This document shows, in pieces, positions 10,906-19,119 of a DNA stretch of 64,000 nt (position 1 is the stretch's first letter; each line of letters starts with the position of its first letter). The stretch lies in IMG/VR virus record IMGVR_UViG_3300020171_000022, positions 2,449 through 66,448 of that record, one strand, 5' to 3'. Origin of the DNA: a virus. The notes beneath the pieces were generated by a model. That model did no database searches. It was not told the origin of the DNA and saw nothing but the letters and a program-made list of their open reading frames with translations. The translations under genes were made by a program, and so were the position numbers.

Positions 10906-12122
10906 CTACTCCCCTGAATAAATTCAGGGGCTTCTTGGGACAAGTCCCAGGCTCTGTAGTCCCAGAGCTAAAATATTTAAGGAGGCATTATAATCTCGAT
11001 GCAGACGAACATTACAAGTAGGGCATTGATGCCAACGGACAGACAAGTCTTTTTTGACTATAGTTCCGCATTGGCTACAAGTCTGACTTGTGCCTCTTGG
11101 GTTAATTGCTATAAACTGTCGAGCAGCTTCTTCCGCTTTCTGCGACAATATATTAGCAAATTGACTCCAGGCCACATCCGAAATAGATTTAGCCAGAAAA
11201 CCGTTTTGCAACATATTCTTGGTGTTAAGTTTTTCAATACAGATAATGCCAAATTTATTGACAATCTTTCTGGTTTCTTGGTGAATGAAATTATGTCGCC
11301 TATTAGAGATTCTCTCGTGGATACGAACAACAACTTTTTTAACCTTAGCTCTTTCAGAAGTGTTTTTAATTTGTTTAGACAATCTCCTTTGAGCCTTTGC
11401 AAGAGCCTTTTGGTCTGTCTTAAAAAAGCGAGGGTTCTTAATCTTCTCTTTAGTGGAAAAGGTGGCAAAATTCTCAAGTCCGACATCTATACCAACTGCT
11501 TTGGTAGTTTCAGACAATGGCTTAGGCTCATATTGAATAGAAAAACAGACATACCATTTTCCCGCTTGTTTTCTAATAATGCAAGTTTTAAGAGTTCCAA
11601 AAATAGGCCGATGTATTTTGATTTTAACAGAACCTATTTTAGAAAGTTTAAGACAATTAGTTTCTATATTCCAACCAAAGTCTGGCTGTTTATAGGTGAA
11701 ACTGTTATAACGGTCAAAATTTTTAAATCTTGGATACCCAGGGGTTTGTCCTTGTTTCACTCTACGAAAGAAATTTTGAAAGGCTTTGTCTATTCTGTCA
11801 GCCACATTTTGGAGGCTTTGCGAATAGACCTTGTTAAGAGAGGGTCTCTCTTTTTTCAAAGCAACAATAGATTTGCTTTGCTGAAAGTATCCTATGCTTT
11901 TCTTATCTTTTTCCCAGGAGTTCTTGCGTTCCTCCAGAAAATGATTATAGAGCCAGCGACACTCATCAAGAGTTTCTTGAAGAAGTCTTTGCTGTTTCTT
12001 GGTAGGATACAATCTATATTTAAGAGATTTATTCATATGTTAGATTATACCTTAAAGGAAAATAAATGTAAAGGGCAATTCATCCCCCGTTTAAAAACAG
12101 GGGCTTTCTTGCCCAATTAAAT
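10902..12122 (-). mobile_element. IS200/IS605-family non-autonomous element (tnpB only)
   Basis: left-end hairpin preceded by guide AAAG with target TTAC at 12123-12126 (- strand); right-end hairpin preceded by GAAG and ending TCAC; fits IS608-type guide/cleavage pairing. Confidence 0.85.
10924..12036 (-). CDS. tnpB: RNA-guided endonuclease TnpB
   Basis: KYRLYPT N-terminal HTH; RuvC motifs GIDVG, IEKL, RDYNASLNI; CSQC/CPTC Zn finger. Confidence 0.95.
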   Translation of the reverse strand: MNKSLKYRLYPTKKQQRLLQETLDECRWLYNHFLEERKNSWEKDKKSIGYFQQSKSIVALKKERPSLNKVYSQSLQNVADRIDKAFQNFFRRVKQGQTPGYPRFKNFDRYNSFTYKQPDFGWNIETNCLKLSKIGSVKIKIHRPIFGTLKTCIIRKQAGKWYVCFSIQYEPKPLSETTKAVGIDVGLENFATFSTKEKIKNPRFFKTDQKALAKAQRRLSKQIKNTSERAKVKKVVVRIHERISNRRHNFIHQETRKIVNKFGIICIEKLNTKNMLQNGFLAKSISDVAWSQFANILSQKAEEAARQFIAINPRGTSQTCSQCGTIVKKDLSVRWHQCPTCNVRLHRDYNASLNILALGLQSLGLVPRSP

Positions 12123-12143
12123 GTAAGAAATAGGGAGGACTAA

Positions 12144-12368
12144 ATGATAACCTTTGAATGGCTGATCGGAACAGGAATTTCCATTGTTGGGATTATCACA
12201 ATCATTATGGTATACCAGCATGGCGTTACCAGGAAGTGTCTTAATGCCAAACCGGATATAAAGCTTTGCGATGAGAGGCATGATGTGATAGACAGGGCCC
12301 TCGAAAAGCTTGACAGGATTAACGATATAGTGGTGAGGATAGAGACGATATTGAATGGGAAACGATAA
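12144..12368 (+). CDS. small membrane protein of the lysis module
   Basis: N-terminal transmembrane helix plus coiled tail, directly upstream of the endolysin. Confidence 0.55.
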   Translation: MITFEWLIGTGISIVGIITIIMVYQHGVTRKCLNAKPDIKLCDERHDVIDRALEKLDRINDIVVRIETILNGKR

Positions 12369-12727
12369 TGGGAGATTTAACAGAGAGCTTTTCACGTAAA
12401 GAGTTCGCCTGCCGTTGTCAATGCGGATTTGATGCTATCAATATTGGTTTAGTACATCGACTTCAGGTGGTGAGGGATATTGCGAGAGTGCCTATCAAGA
12501 TACTTTCTGCCTGTAGGTGTCCAAAGCATAATGAAAAAGTGGGTGGTAAACCAGAAAGTTATCATCTAAAAGGGGATGCTATAGATTGGTGTTTCTTTGA
12601 TGAGGAAGATAGTCTGCTTGAAAAGTTATGCACTAAACTCCTTGATAATTGGGCAGGTGGGTTTCATCACTACCCTCAAGGGAATTTTTGTCATTCGGAT
12701 GTTGGGCCAAGAAGAAGATGGGTATGA
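12368..12727 (+). CDS. peptidase M15A-type endolysin
   Basis: EFACRCQCG, SACRCPKHNEKVGG..SYHLKGDAID and HSD motifs. Confidence 0.9.
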   Translation: MGDLTESFSRKEFACRCQCGFDAINIGLVHRLQVVRDIARVPIKILSACRCPKHNEKVGGKPESYHLKGDAIDWCFFDEEDSLLEKLCTKLLDNWAGGFHHYPQGNFCHSDVGPRRRWV

Positions 12728-12813
12728 GCGGTCTTAACTTCCCCTGGTATCTGCGACTAATTTGCTGGATTGCGGGGAAGATTGAGAAATTATTGGGAAG
12801 GAGGTGAATTGAG

Positions 12814-12978
12814 ATGCTACAAGGAAACAGAACTTATTTGATGGCGGTGGTGATTATCATTCACCAAATCCTTAACGCTATGGGGATGAAGGATATTACT
12901 GGAGAACAATTATCGATGGCGATTGATGTTATTCTGGGGATAGGAGTTTTCATCTTCAGGAAACTTGCAAAAAAATGA
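12814..12978 (+). CDS. putative holin (54 aa; not in the ORF track)
   Basis: MLQGNRTYLMAVVIIIHQIL...VILGIGVFIFRKLAKK: two hydrophobic helices, basic C-terminus, RBS AAGGAGG. Confidence 0.6.
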   Translation: MLQGNRTYLMAVVIIIHQILNAMGMKDITGEQLSMAIDVILGIGVFIFRKLAKK

Positions 12979-12989
12979 AAGGAGGAGTT

Positions 12990-13538
12990 ATGAAAAGAAA
13001 AATCAGTCTATTTCTGGTGATGGCGGTAATGATGGCGATGGTGGTATCCTGTACAGGGGTGCAGGAGAAATGGAACGCTCTCACTCCTGATGAGAAGGCT
13101 AGGGTCGTGGTTAGCGACATCCAGGCTCAACTCAATACCCTTTTTGATACCGGAAAGGCTTATGTGACGGCTAATCCAAAGTATCAAGAAAAGTGGAAAG
13201 GACAGATCGTTCCAGCTTTCGATGTGGCAAACAAAGCCCTTGCTTCTTCCATGATTCTTGCTAAAGCAGGAAAAATTACTCCAGATCAGGTTTATGCTCA
13301 AGTTCAACCTGTTCTAAATTCAGTTATTACCTTATTGGTATCTATTGGAGCAGTTAAACCTATTACAGCAGCCGTAGATATTATGATTGTTTTGGCTCTG
13401 ATTAACGGGTTGATGGGATTAGCCTATAACGCATGGTCAACCATTAATAAGGTTAAGGGTGATCAGAAGATACCGACCTGGGATGAGATTTTAGAGGAAA
13501 ATAAGAAATTACAGGACAAAATTGATGCGGAGAAATAG
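12990..13538 (+). CDS. lipoprotein with C-terminal hydrophobic helices (spanin candidate)
   Basis: signal peptide with lipobox-like VVSC; end of lysis module. Confidence 0.55.
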   Translation: MKRKISLFLVMAVMMAMVVSCTGVQEKWNALTPDEKARVVVSDIQAQLNTLFDTGKAYVTANPKYQEKWKGQIVPAFDVANKALASSMILAKAGKITPDQVYAQVQPVLNSVITLLVSIGAVKPITAAVDIMIVLALINGLMGLAYNAWSTINKVKGDQKIPTWDEILEENKKLQDKIDAEK

Positions 13539-13548
13539 TCCGTGCGGT

Positions 13549-13590
13549 GCAGGGCTTCTTTGCTACAGGCAGGGAGGCCCTTGCTTTTTT
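13549..13590 (+). terminator. Rho-independent terminator between convergent operons
   Basis: GCAGGGCTTCTTTGC/GCAGGGAGGCCCTTGC hairpin followed by T6. Confidence 0.7.
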
Positions 13591-13600
13591 CTGACATTCC

Positions 13601-13619
13601 GCTTATTGCACTGTTAGCC
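13601..13619 (+). other. attI-like recombination site of array A
   Basis: GCTTATTGCACT-GTTAGCC; core is complementary to GGCTAAC of the first attC; near-identical to the site at 25370-25388. Confidence 0.7.
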
Positions 13620-13799
13620 CTTTATTAATGAACGATAATCTTTTAATTTTTCCCTAAATCTTTGCTTCATCATATATGCATCGTAATCATAATTCCAATG
13701 ATCATATTTCCGAGCCATATAGGATTCGGCAATATCTAACAACTGGGCTAACAAGTCATTCGAGCGGACGTTTGATAGTCCACTATTTTCTTTGGTCAT
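13614..13799 (-). CDS. cassette protein, start encoded inside attC (MTKENSG leader)
   Basis: GAGG + ATG in the attC loop; TAA overlaps the GTTA core. Confidence 0.65.
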   Translation of the reverse strand: MTKENSGLSNVRSNDLLAQLLDIAESYMARKYDHWNYDYDAYMMKQRFREKLKDYRSLIKG

Positions 13800-13825
13800 A
13801 AATGCCTCTTCCGCTCAATTCTGCG

Positions 13826-14011
13826 TTATGTTGATTCTAATTTACTACCACACTCAGGACAAAAATTAACATTTACTATTGATGCAGAATTTTCTTTGTC
13901 TGGATATCCTGGTAAATATTTCTGCCAAATGGGTTGAGGATTTATTAATTCACACCAACATAACAATTCATTCGAGCGGACGTTTGATAGTCCACTATTT
14001 TCTTTGGTCAT
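13826..14011 (-). CDS. cassette Zn-finger protein with MTKENSG leader
   Basis: CWC...FCPECG; no Met outside the attC. Confidence 0.65.
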   Translation of the reverse strand: MTKENSGLSNVRSNELLCWCELINPQPIWQKYLPGYPDKENSASIVNVNFCPECGSKLEST

Positions 14012-14046
14012 AAATGCCTCTTCCGCTCAATTCTGCGTTATATGGA

Positions 14047-14268
14047 TTAAATTCTAAATGTAGGTTGATCTTTCCCTTCTCTCCAGAAAATGAATCGTTG
14101 CCACCAAAATTCTTTGGAAGCATAATTATATTCACACACAGGGCAAGTATAAAGATTTGGAGCATCTGAATTGCACCGAGGACAAAAACCAAACACAAGT
14201 CTTATCTTGCCCAAAATTCTATTCCTATTTGTTTGCAGTGACATAAAAGGAAGCCTCCGTATAATCAT
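14047..14268 (-). CDS. cassette Zn-finger protein
   Basis: CPRC...CPVC; fills the interval between two attC sites. Confidence 0.6.
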   Translation of the reverse strand: MIIRRLPFMSLQTNRNRILGKIRLVFGFCPRCNSDAPNLYTCPVCEYNYASKEFWWQRFIFWREGKDQPTFRI

Positions 14269-14308
14269 TTATTCCAGCCGATGCTAAAAAGCACGGCTGA
14301 CCTCTACG

Positions 14309-14851
14309 TTATACCTCAAAATAATGAATCTCATTACCCCATTGTTCCCAACCTTCACGTTGCTCTCTACTGAATACATCCATCTTCACGGCTTCAGGAT
14401 ACCAAAGGCTTATCATCTTATACGCAATGTCAGGCTTCCTGCTGTGCTGTCTTGCCGGTTCTCTTATCACTGTCATAAACTTACCCCTTGTCTCAGTGCT
14501 CACTGGCTGAAATTTTGGTTTGTAGAACCATGTTAAGTATTCATGAGCATACCGAACAGAGAAGGCGGGAGCTACACCGTTGCATTTATCCCATATCAGC
14601 CTTGCATGTCTGCGATAGCCTCTCTGCTCCATCGCCAGTTCGCCTATCATCAAAAACTCGTCAATGCCCCACAGAAAAACAGAATGCGTCTTTGTCGCCA
14701 TTGGGAAAACTTCCTTGTCTAAAAGCCCGAAAATTGCCATAACATCAAGCGTGGCGTAATCAAGGTTTTTCCCTTGCCGTGGCCTTGCACTTCTCAGACC
14801 CCCCTTCTTTTTAGGCCAAGGGGGATCAATAACGAAAATATTAAATGACAT
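14309..14851 (-). CDS. MT-A70 family adenine methyltransferase (cassette)
   Basis: IDPPW, HSRKP, FSRE..GW..WGNE motifs. Confidence 0.9.
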   Translation of the reverse strand: MSFNIFVIDPPWPKKKGGLRSARPRQGKNLDYATLDVMAIFGLLDKEVFPMATKTHSVFLWGIDEFLMIGELAMEQRGYRRHARLIWDKCNGVAPAFSVRYAHEYLTWFYKPKFQPVSTETRGKFMTVIREPARQHSRKPDIAYKMISLWYPEAVKMDVFSREQREGWEQWGNEIHYFEV

Positions 14852-15172
14852 AACCAGCCAATCAACCCGACCGGGAATAGTCCTGGCGGGTTATCCGCAC
14901 GTTATTTTTCCTCTTCTTCCCCTTCACACTCATGCCCAATTTCGCCTGAAGTATCCGCCCCACATTTTAGGCAGACATACCCAGGCCCATTATCGATGAA
15001 AAATGAATACATATCTATTACTTTTCCTCTTTGTCATCAATTATTCGCCATCTAAGATGATAGGCAGCTATTTTTTTGATGTCGAACAAATGCCCATTTA
15101 ATACCTTCAATTCTTTGATTAATGCCTCAATCATTGGCAGAATCTTCTCTAAGTCAAGCATCTCTCACCTCA

Positions 15173-15358
15173 TCAATCTGGCAATTTGATATTGAAATCT
15201 CCCAATGCCTGATTCACTTTCAATAACAATTCTTTTCCATTTTCTATAAATTTTGCTTGCTCTTCGTTAATCGGGTCCTGACTTATCATCCAAAGCAATT
15301 TTGTTCGACAGTCAAGAAGGGCATTAATGAGCTCTTTGATTTCCGTGTTGGTCAACAT
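15173..15358 (-). CDS. hypothetical protein
   Basis: 61 aa, RBS GGGGAG, coupled to neighbouring small ORFs. Confidence 0.55.
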   Translation of the reverse strand: MLTNTEIKELINALLDCRTKLLWMISQDPINEEQAKFIENGKELLLKVNQALGDFNIKLPD

Positions 15359-15556
15359 TTATCTCCCCACCTCCCCCCTGTAAAGATCCTTCCAGTTATC
15401 CCTTGACTCCTTTAGGTTGGCAACCTCTGCCTCCAACTCCTTGATAATTGTCTCATCCCAATCATGCTTGGCAAGCAACTCCTTGATACGTTGAGTAAGT
15501 TGTTTTACATATTCATAATTTTTAGGCTTAGGTCTCATCTCTTCCCCCTTTATGTT

Positions 15557-15766
15557 CTAAATAGGAGTAGTCTCGTTATTGTTCACATTCTTTCGCCCCC
15601 TGAATCGCAATTCAAGGGCATTAGGCGTATTTCTGTATGCATCACACCTGTCCATGCGAATATGATCTTTTAGTCCAATCAAATCAAAATCTTTCTCACC
15701 GCAAAAGGGGCAACATAACAAGTCATTAGAGCGGACGTTTGATAGCCCGCTATTTTCTTTGGTCAT
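15557..15766 (-). CDS. cassette Zn-finger protein with MTKENSG leader
   Basis: GGAGG + ATG inside attC; CPFCG...H motif. Confidence 0.65.
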   Translation of the reverse strand: MTKENSGLSNVRSNDLLCCPFCGEKDFDLIGLKDHIRMDRCDAYRNTPNALELRFRGRKNVNNNETTPI

Positions 15767-15801
15767 TCATACCTCCGCCGCTCAATTTTACGTTGGGCGG
15801 A

Positions 15802-15981
15802 TCAATCATGGACATAATCCATAATCTCTCCGGTTGAACAAACACCCTCAAGTAGTTCGGCATTAGTGGGTGTAATAATCACCGAAACATGGGGGTGACA
15901 ATTATCGCACAGGAATTTAAGTAATGGGCGGCAAATGGTGTCAAACTCGGATCTTTGTTGGTCTGTCAGTATCATGGTCAT
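15802..15981 (-). CDS. cassette hypothetical protein (59 aa; not in the ORF track)
   Basis: MTMILTDQQRSEFDTICRPLLKFLCDNCHPHVSVII...; RBS AAGGAG. Confidence 0.6.
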   Translation of the reverse strand: MTMILTDQQRSEFDTICRPLLKFLCDNCHPHVSVIITPTNAELLEGVCSTGEIMDYVHD

Positions 15982-16062
15982 CTCCTTTTAAATTAAGGTT
16001 CTGGGCAAATCGCCCAACCAGCGGGTCCAGCGGATGGCCAAGAGCCACCCCTGACCCAGACG

Positions 16063-16224
16063 TTATGTGGAACTAAATGTTGGTTCTTCATCTCTCATCA
16101 CTATTGCCGATTGTTTGCCCTCACACTCGTCTGGGCATGTATAAATATCAAATCTTGAAAGTGGGTATAGTTGTCTTCCAAAAACCATTTCCTTTCCACA
16201 TTGTGGACATTTGGGTATTTCCAT
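16063..16224 (-). CDS. cassette Zn-ribbon protein
   Basis: MEIPKCPQCG...CPDEC; RBS GGAG; stop in the core site. Confidence 0.6.
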   Translation of the reverse strand: MEIPKCPQCGKEMVFGRQLYPLSRFDIYTCPDECEGKQSAIVMRDEEPTFSST

Positions 16225-16385
16225 GGTAATCTCCATTAAAAAATGATAAGACCTCCACATAACAAGTCAATCCAGCGGACGGTCAATAAGCAGGTATCTC
16301 GGCCCAAACATCATCCTGACCTTCTGTTATGCTTTCGCATTGGGCAAGGTGCTTTCGCCACTATTGGCCGCCGCTGATCTCTACG

Positions 16386-16616
16386 TTATCTGATAAAAAT
16401 TGCGAACAATCCCCCAATGGTGCATCCAACCAGAGCAGATCCGCCACCAATGCATTGCGCAACGATTGCGGAGGTTTCTGTCGTAAGCAATAAATGTGAT
16501 CCAAGTAATGTAAAAAATGCACCAAAAATAATAATACAAGAACAAAGAAAAAGAAGAGTATGATTATCCCGACAGATAACAACGGCATCGATCAGACGCC
16601 GAATAAAACTTGTCAT
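16386..16616 (-). CDS. cassette membrane protein, start inside attC
   Basis: two hydrophobic helices; ATG in the attC loop; TAA in the core site. Confidence 0.6.
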   Translation of the reverse strand: MTSFIRRLIDAVVICRDNHTLLFLCSCIIIFGAFFTLLGSHLLLTTETSAIVAQCIGGGSALVGCTIGGLFAIFIR

Positions 16617-16655
16617 TTTTTACCATCCCTTCTCCGGCGCAGATCATGCCGGACG

Positions 16656-16934
16656 TTAGGTGTCACAAATCAATAATTTGACTTTTGCATCGACAAGTCG
16701 CCTTTTTAAAAAGCTTATATCCCGCTCGAAACGCCGGATGATATATTGCCATGCATCATGTTTGCTTTGATAAATATCCCCGATGCGAAGACATTTTTTG
16801 ATGCCATCAAGATAAAGCCATCCAGATTTAGTTGTTTTAAGTATTAAATATGGTCCCTTGGGTTCTTGGCCCTCAATAATCCAACACCTAACAATCGGCT
16901 GCACTTGAGCCTTAACAACTCTTTTAGATTTCAT
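16656..16934 (-). CDS. cassette hypothetical protein, start inside attC
   Basis: AAGGAGG-AACC-ATG in the attC loop; TAA in the core site. Confidence 0.7.
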   Translation of the reverse strand: MKSKRVVKAQVQPIVRCWIIEGQEPKGPYLILKTTKSGWLYLDGIKKCLRIGDIYQSKHDAWQYIIRRFERDISFLKRRLVDAKVKLLICDT

Positions 16935-17038
16935 GGTTCCTCCTTACCGGCCAAGTGAGCCGGAACGTTATCTGACATTAAACAATTCATTCTCAAAAAA
17001 TATATATGATATGATGATGGAGAATGGTAGGTTCATGT

Positions 17039-17668
17039 TTATCCTTTTTTAATCTGTTTATTAAGATAATAAAAGTCTAAAAGTTTTAAAAATGCCTCAA
17101 AATGGAGGGATAAATCTGTTTTAACTTCTTCCTTGAAAGACTCATCCTCTGTCCGGGGAATGTTTAGGATACGATATCTCTGGATAGGTTCTGTAATCAA
17201 TTTGCCATACCCTGCCACCTGAAGCCACATCTCCTCATAAATCCCACTCCCAGTTTTAAAATCTACAATCTCAAGGGTTCCATCAATAAACCCATATAAA
17301 TCAAAGGCCCCACCATATTTATATTCTTCCGACACCGCTTGATGTTCCATTAAAATAGGTTCAATTTTATGCTGTTTCTCCCATTCCAAATAGGACAAGA
17401 ATGAATTTTCGGCGGCATCAATCTGATTCTTGCTGTAATCCTCTGTCTCTGGTTCACGCTTCGAGAGATGGGCAAGAATCATCTCGTGGGCAAGAGTTCC
17501 AATATCAGCTTTATCGTCTCGAAATTTACTTGAATCAATTCCTGCAAGTCCTAATTTATTCGCCCATATAATCAGGGCAGGTTTTGAAAGTTGACCCGTA
17601 ACAGTCGTTACACCAACGACTATTTCCCCTGATTCAAGTTTATATCTCTGATGTGCTTTAGATTTCAT
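17039..17668 (-). CDS. PD-(D/E)XK exonuclease (phage recombination nuclease)
   Basis: GVTTV, GTLAHE, GAFD...VDFKTG, QVAGY motifs. Confidence 0.85.
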   Translation of the reverse strand: MKSKAHQRYKLESGEIVVGVTTVTGQLSKPALIIWANKLGLAGIDSSKFRDDKADIGTLAHEMILAHLSKREPETEDYSKNQIDAAENSFLSYLEWEKQHKIEPILMEHQAVSEEYKYGGAFDLYGFIDGTLEIVDFKTGSGIYEEMWLQVAGYGKLITEPIQRYRILNIPRTEDESFKEEVKTDLSLHFEAFLKLLDFYYLNKQIKKG

Positions 17669-17676
17669 CTATCCTC

Positions 17677-17925
17677 CTAAAAGGGAACATTTTGTTCATC
17701 ATCCTTCAGTGATTGCTTATTCTGTTTTCCACCAAGAATATCCATTAAAAATCCTTTAAATTTCTCAAGGTGCTCATGCTTAATCGTGAGATTTTGATAC
17801 TTTTTGTTTTCCTTGAAGGTTGTAATTTTCTTTAAACTTACAAACGAATATTCTCTGCCATCCTTCTTGAAAGTAGCATCCTCATCCCATTCATATTCAA
17901 TTGTATCAAGGTGTAGCCTTAGCAT
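17677..17925 (-). CDS. small putative ssDNA-binding protein
   Basis: acidic DDEQNVPF C-terminus; located between ERF and exonuclease. Confidence 0.5.
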   Translation of the reverse strand: MLRLHLDTIEYEWDEDATFKKDGREYSFVSLKKITTFKENKKYQNLTIKHEHLEKFKGFLMDILGGKQNKQSLKDDEQNVPF

Positions 17926-18599
17926 TATTTCTTCTCCTCTGCAAATTGACTTTTTAGATGATCTTTGTAGGCCACCAGTTCGTTAAACTCTACCGCTGGT
18001 AATAGTTTTATGTCCGCTCCATGCTTCTTCCACCAGTTTTGTAATTCAAAAATGCTTTTAATATCATGCATTCGATTTTGATATTCTTCAAACGTTGAAG
18101 AGGCGGGCGGAGGCTGGTCACTGGAATCTTTTCTTATCCCCTTCGTCTCTTTTTTTAACTTATTCTTTGTCTCAATTCCCCTTCCCACAGCCCCCTCACC
18201 GTCATCATCTTCGGGCGCAATCCCCGCAATCGCAGCCAAAGTATACCTACGGGCATAGGTTAGGGCAGACCCAAGACTTTGGGGATCTTCTGATGCAGTC
18301 CAACCCTCCCCCTGTTTCTGTCTCATCGGATTAATGGGATATATTCCTGAAATGGATTCCCCACTAATATGAGAAAGGATTGTTTCAAGGTATAATTTCC
18401 CTTCGATCATTTTTGTAATCTGGATGACTGCAAGACCATTATCCGTCAATGGTTTTCGACAGGCTTCCCAGACGGAGGCAAGGTCGGCATATGAAGCCTT
18501 GAAATATGGGTTTTCAGAGTCTTTTATGGCTCCCTGAATTATGGATTGTGCTTTACTAAGAGCTTCGGTTAATTTACTTAACGCCTTACTCTCTTCCAT
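17925..18599 (-). CDS. erf: ERF-family single-strand annealing protein
   Basis: NPYFKASYADL and GSALTYARRYTLAAIAGIAPEDDDG motifs. Confidence 0.92.
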   Translation of the reverse strand: MEESKALSKLTEALSKAQSIIQGAIKDSENPYFKASYADLASVWEACRKPLTDNGLAVIQITKMIEGKLYLETILSHISGESISGIYPINPMRQKQGEGWTASEDPQSLGSALTYARRYTLAAIAGIAPEDDDGEGAVGRGIETKNKLKKETKGIRKDSSDQPPPASSTFEEYQNRMHDIKSIFELQNWWKKHGADIKLLPAVEFNELVAYKDHLKSQFAEEKK

Positions 18600-19119
18600 C
18601 TTCTTCCTCCTTTCTTATTTTTTCGTGAAGTTCACGATGGCAATTTGAGCAAAGAGAAATACATTTTTTTAATTCTTTTAATGTTCGTTCTGTCGGTTTA
18701 CTTGAAAAAATTTTTCCGCTCGGAGTTTCTTTTTGTCCGGGATTTATATGGTGAAGATCAATTGCACAAAATGAACGATTATATCCGCACACTGAACAAT
18801 GAATAAGATCGAGTTTATTTAATATTTGCATCCAATATTCTTTGTTTTTTTTGTAAAAATTAGCATTATGTTTTTTTTGAATCTCTCTGTTTCCAGGTAT
18901 GGAAAGCCACATATTTCTATGTTTAAGACGACCCTTTAAATTACAATCCTTACATTTTTTGGGATAACGGCGCTTGGGTTCATATCTTTTATATTTTTTA
19001 ATAAAAAATTCATTTAATGATTTTATTTCTCCGCACTTTGTGCATCTTTTCTCGGTCAAAGTAATACGACTTGCATTTAGGACACCTTCTAACATCGGAA
19101 CATCTGGGATACCATCCAT
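18586..19119 (-). CDS. HNH-type homing endonuclease
   Basis: KRCTKCGEIK, CSVCG, DLHHINP, LCSNCHRELH. Confidence 0.8.
   Translation of the reverse strand: MDGIPDVPMLEGVLNASRITLTEKRCTKCGEIKSLNEFFIKKYKRYEPKRRYPKKCKDCNLKGRLKHRNMWLSIPGNREIQKKHNANFYKKNKEYWMQILNKLDLIHCSVCGYNRSFCAIDLHHINPGQKETPSGKIFSSKPTERTLKELKKCISLCSNCHRELHEKIRKEEEDGRE

Larger units (their letters stand above)
13601..16973 (+). mobile_element. integron-type gene cassette array A (9 attC, no integrase; attC top strand +, ORFs on -)
   Basis: attC (xxxxAAC...GTTxxxx imperfect palindromes) at 13746-13831, 13958-14043, 14259-14314, 14848-14907, 15713-15798, 16012-16068, 16257-16391, 16574-16661, 16886-16973; 6 of 9 cassettes have perfectly complementary 7-bp cores. 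Confidence 0.9.

Noticed and set aside
17039-17668. Cas4 as a CRISPR component
   Set aside because: Sits with ERF and an SSB-like gene, lacks the Cys cluster, and is an ordinary recombination exonuclease.
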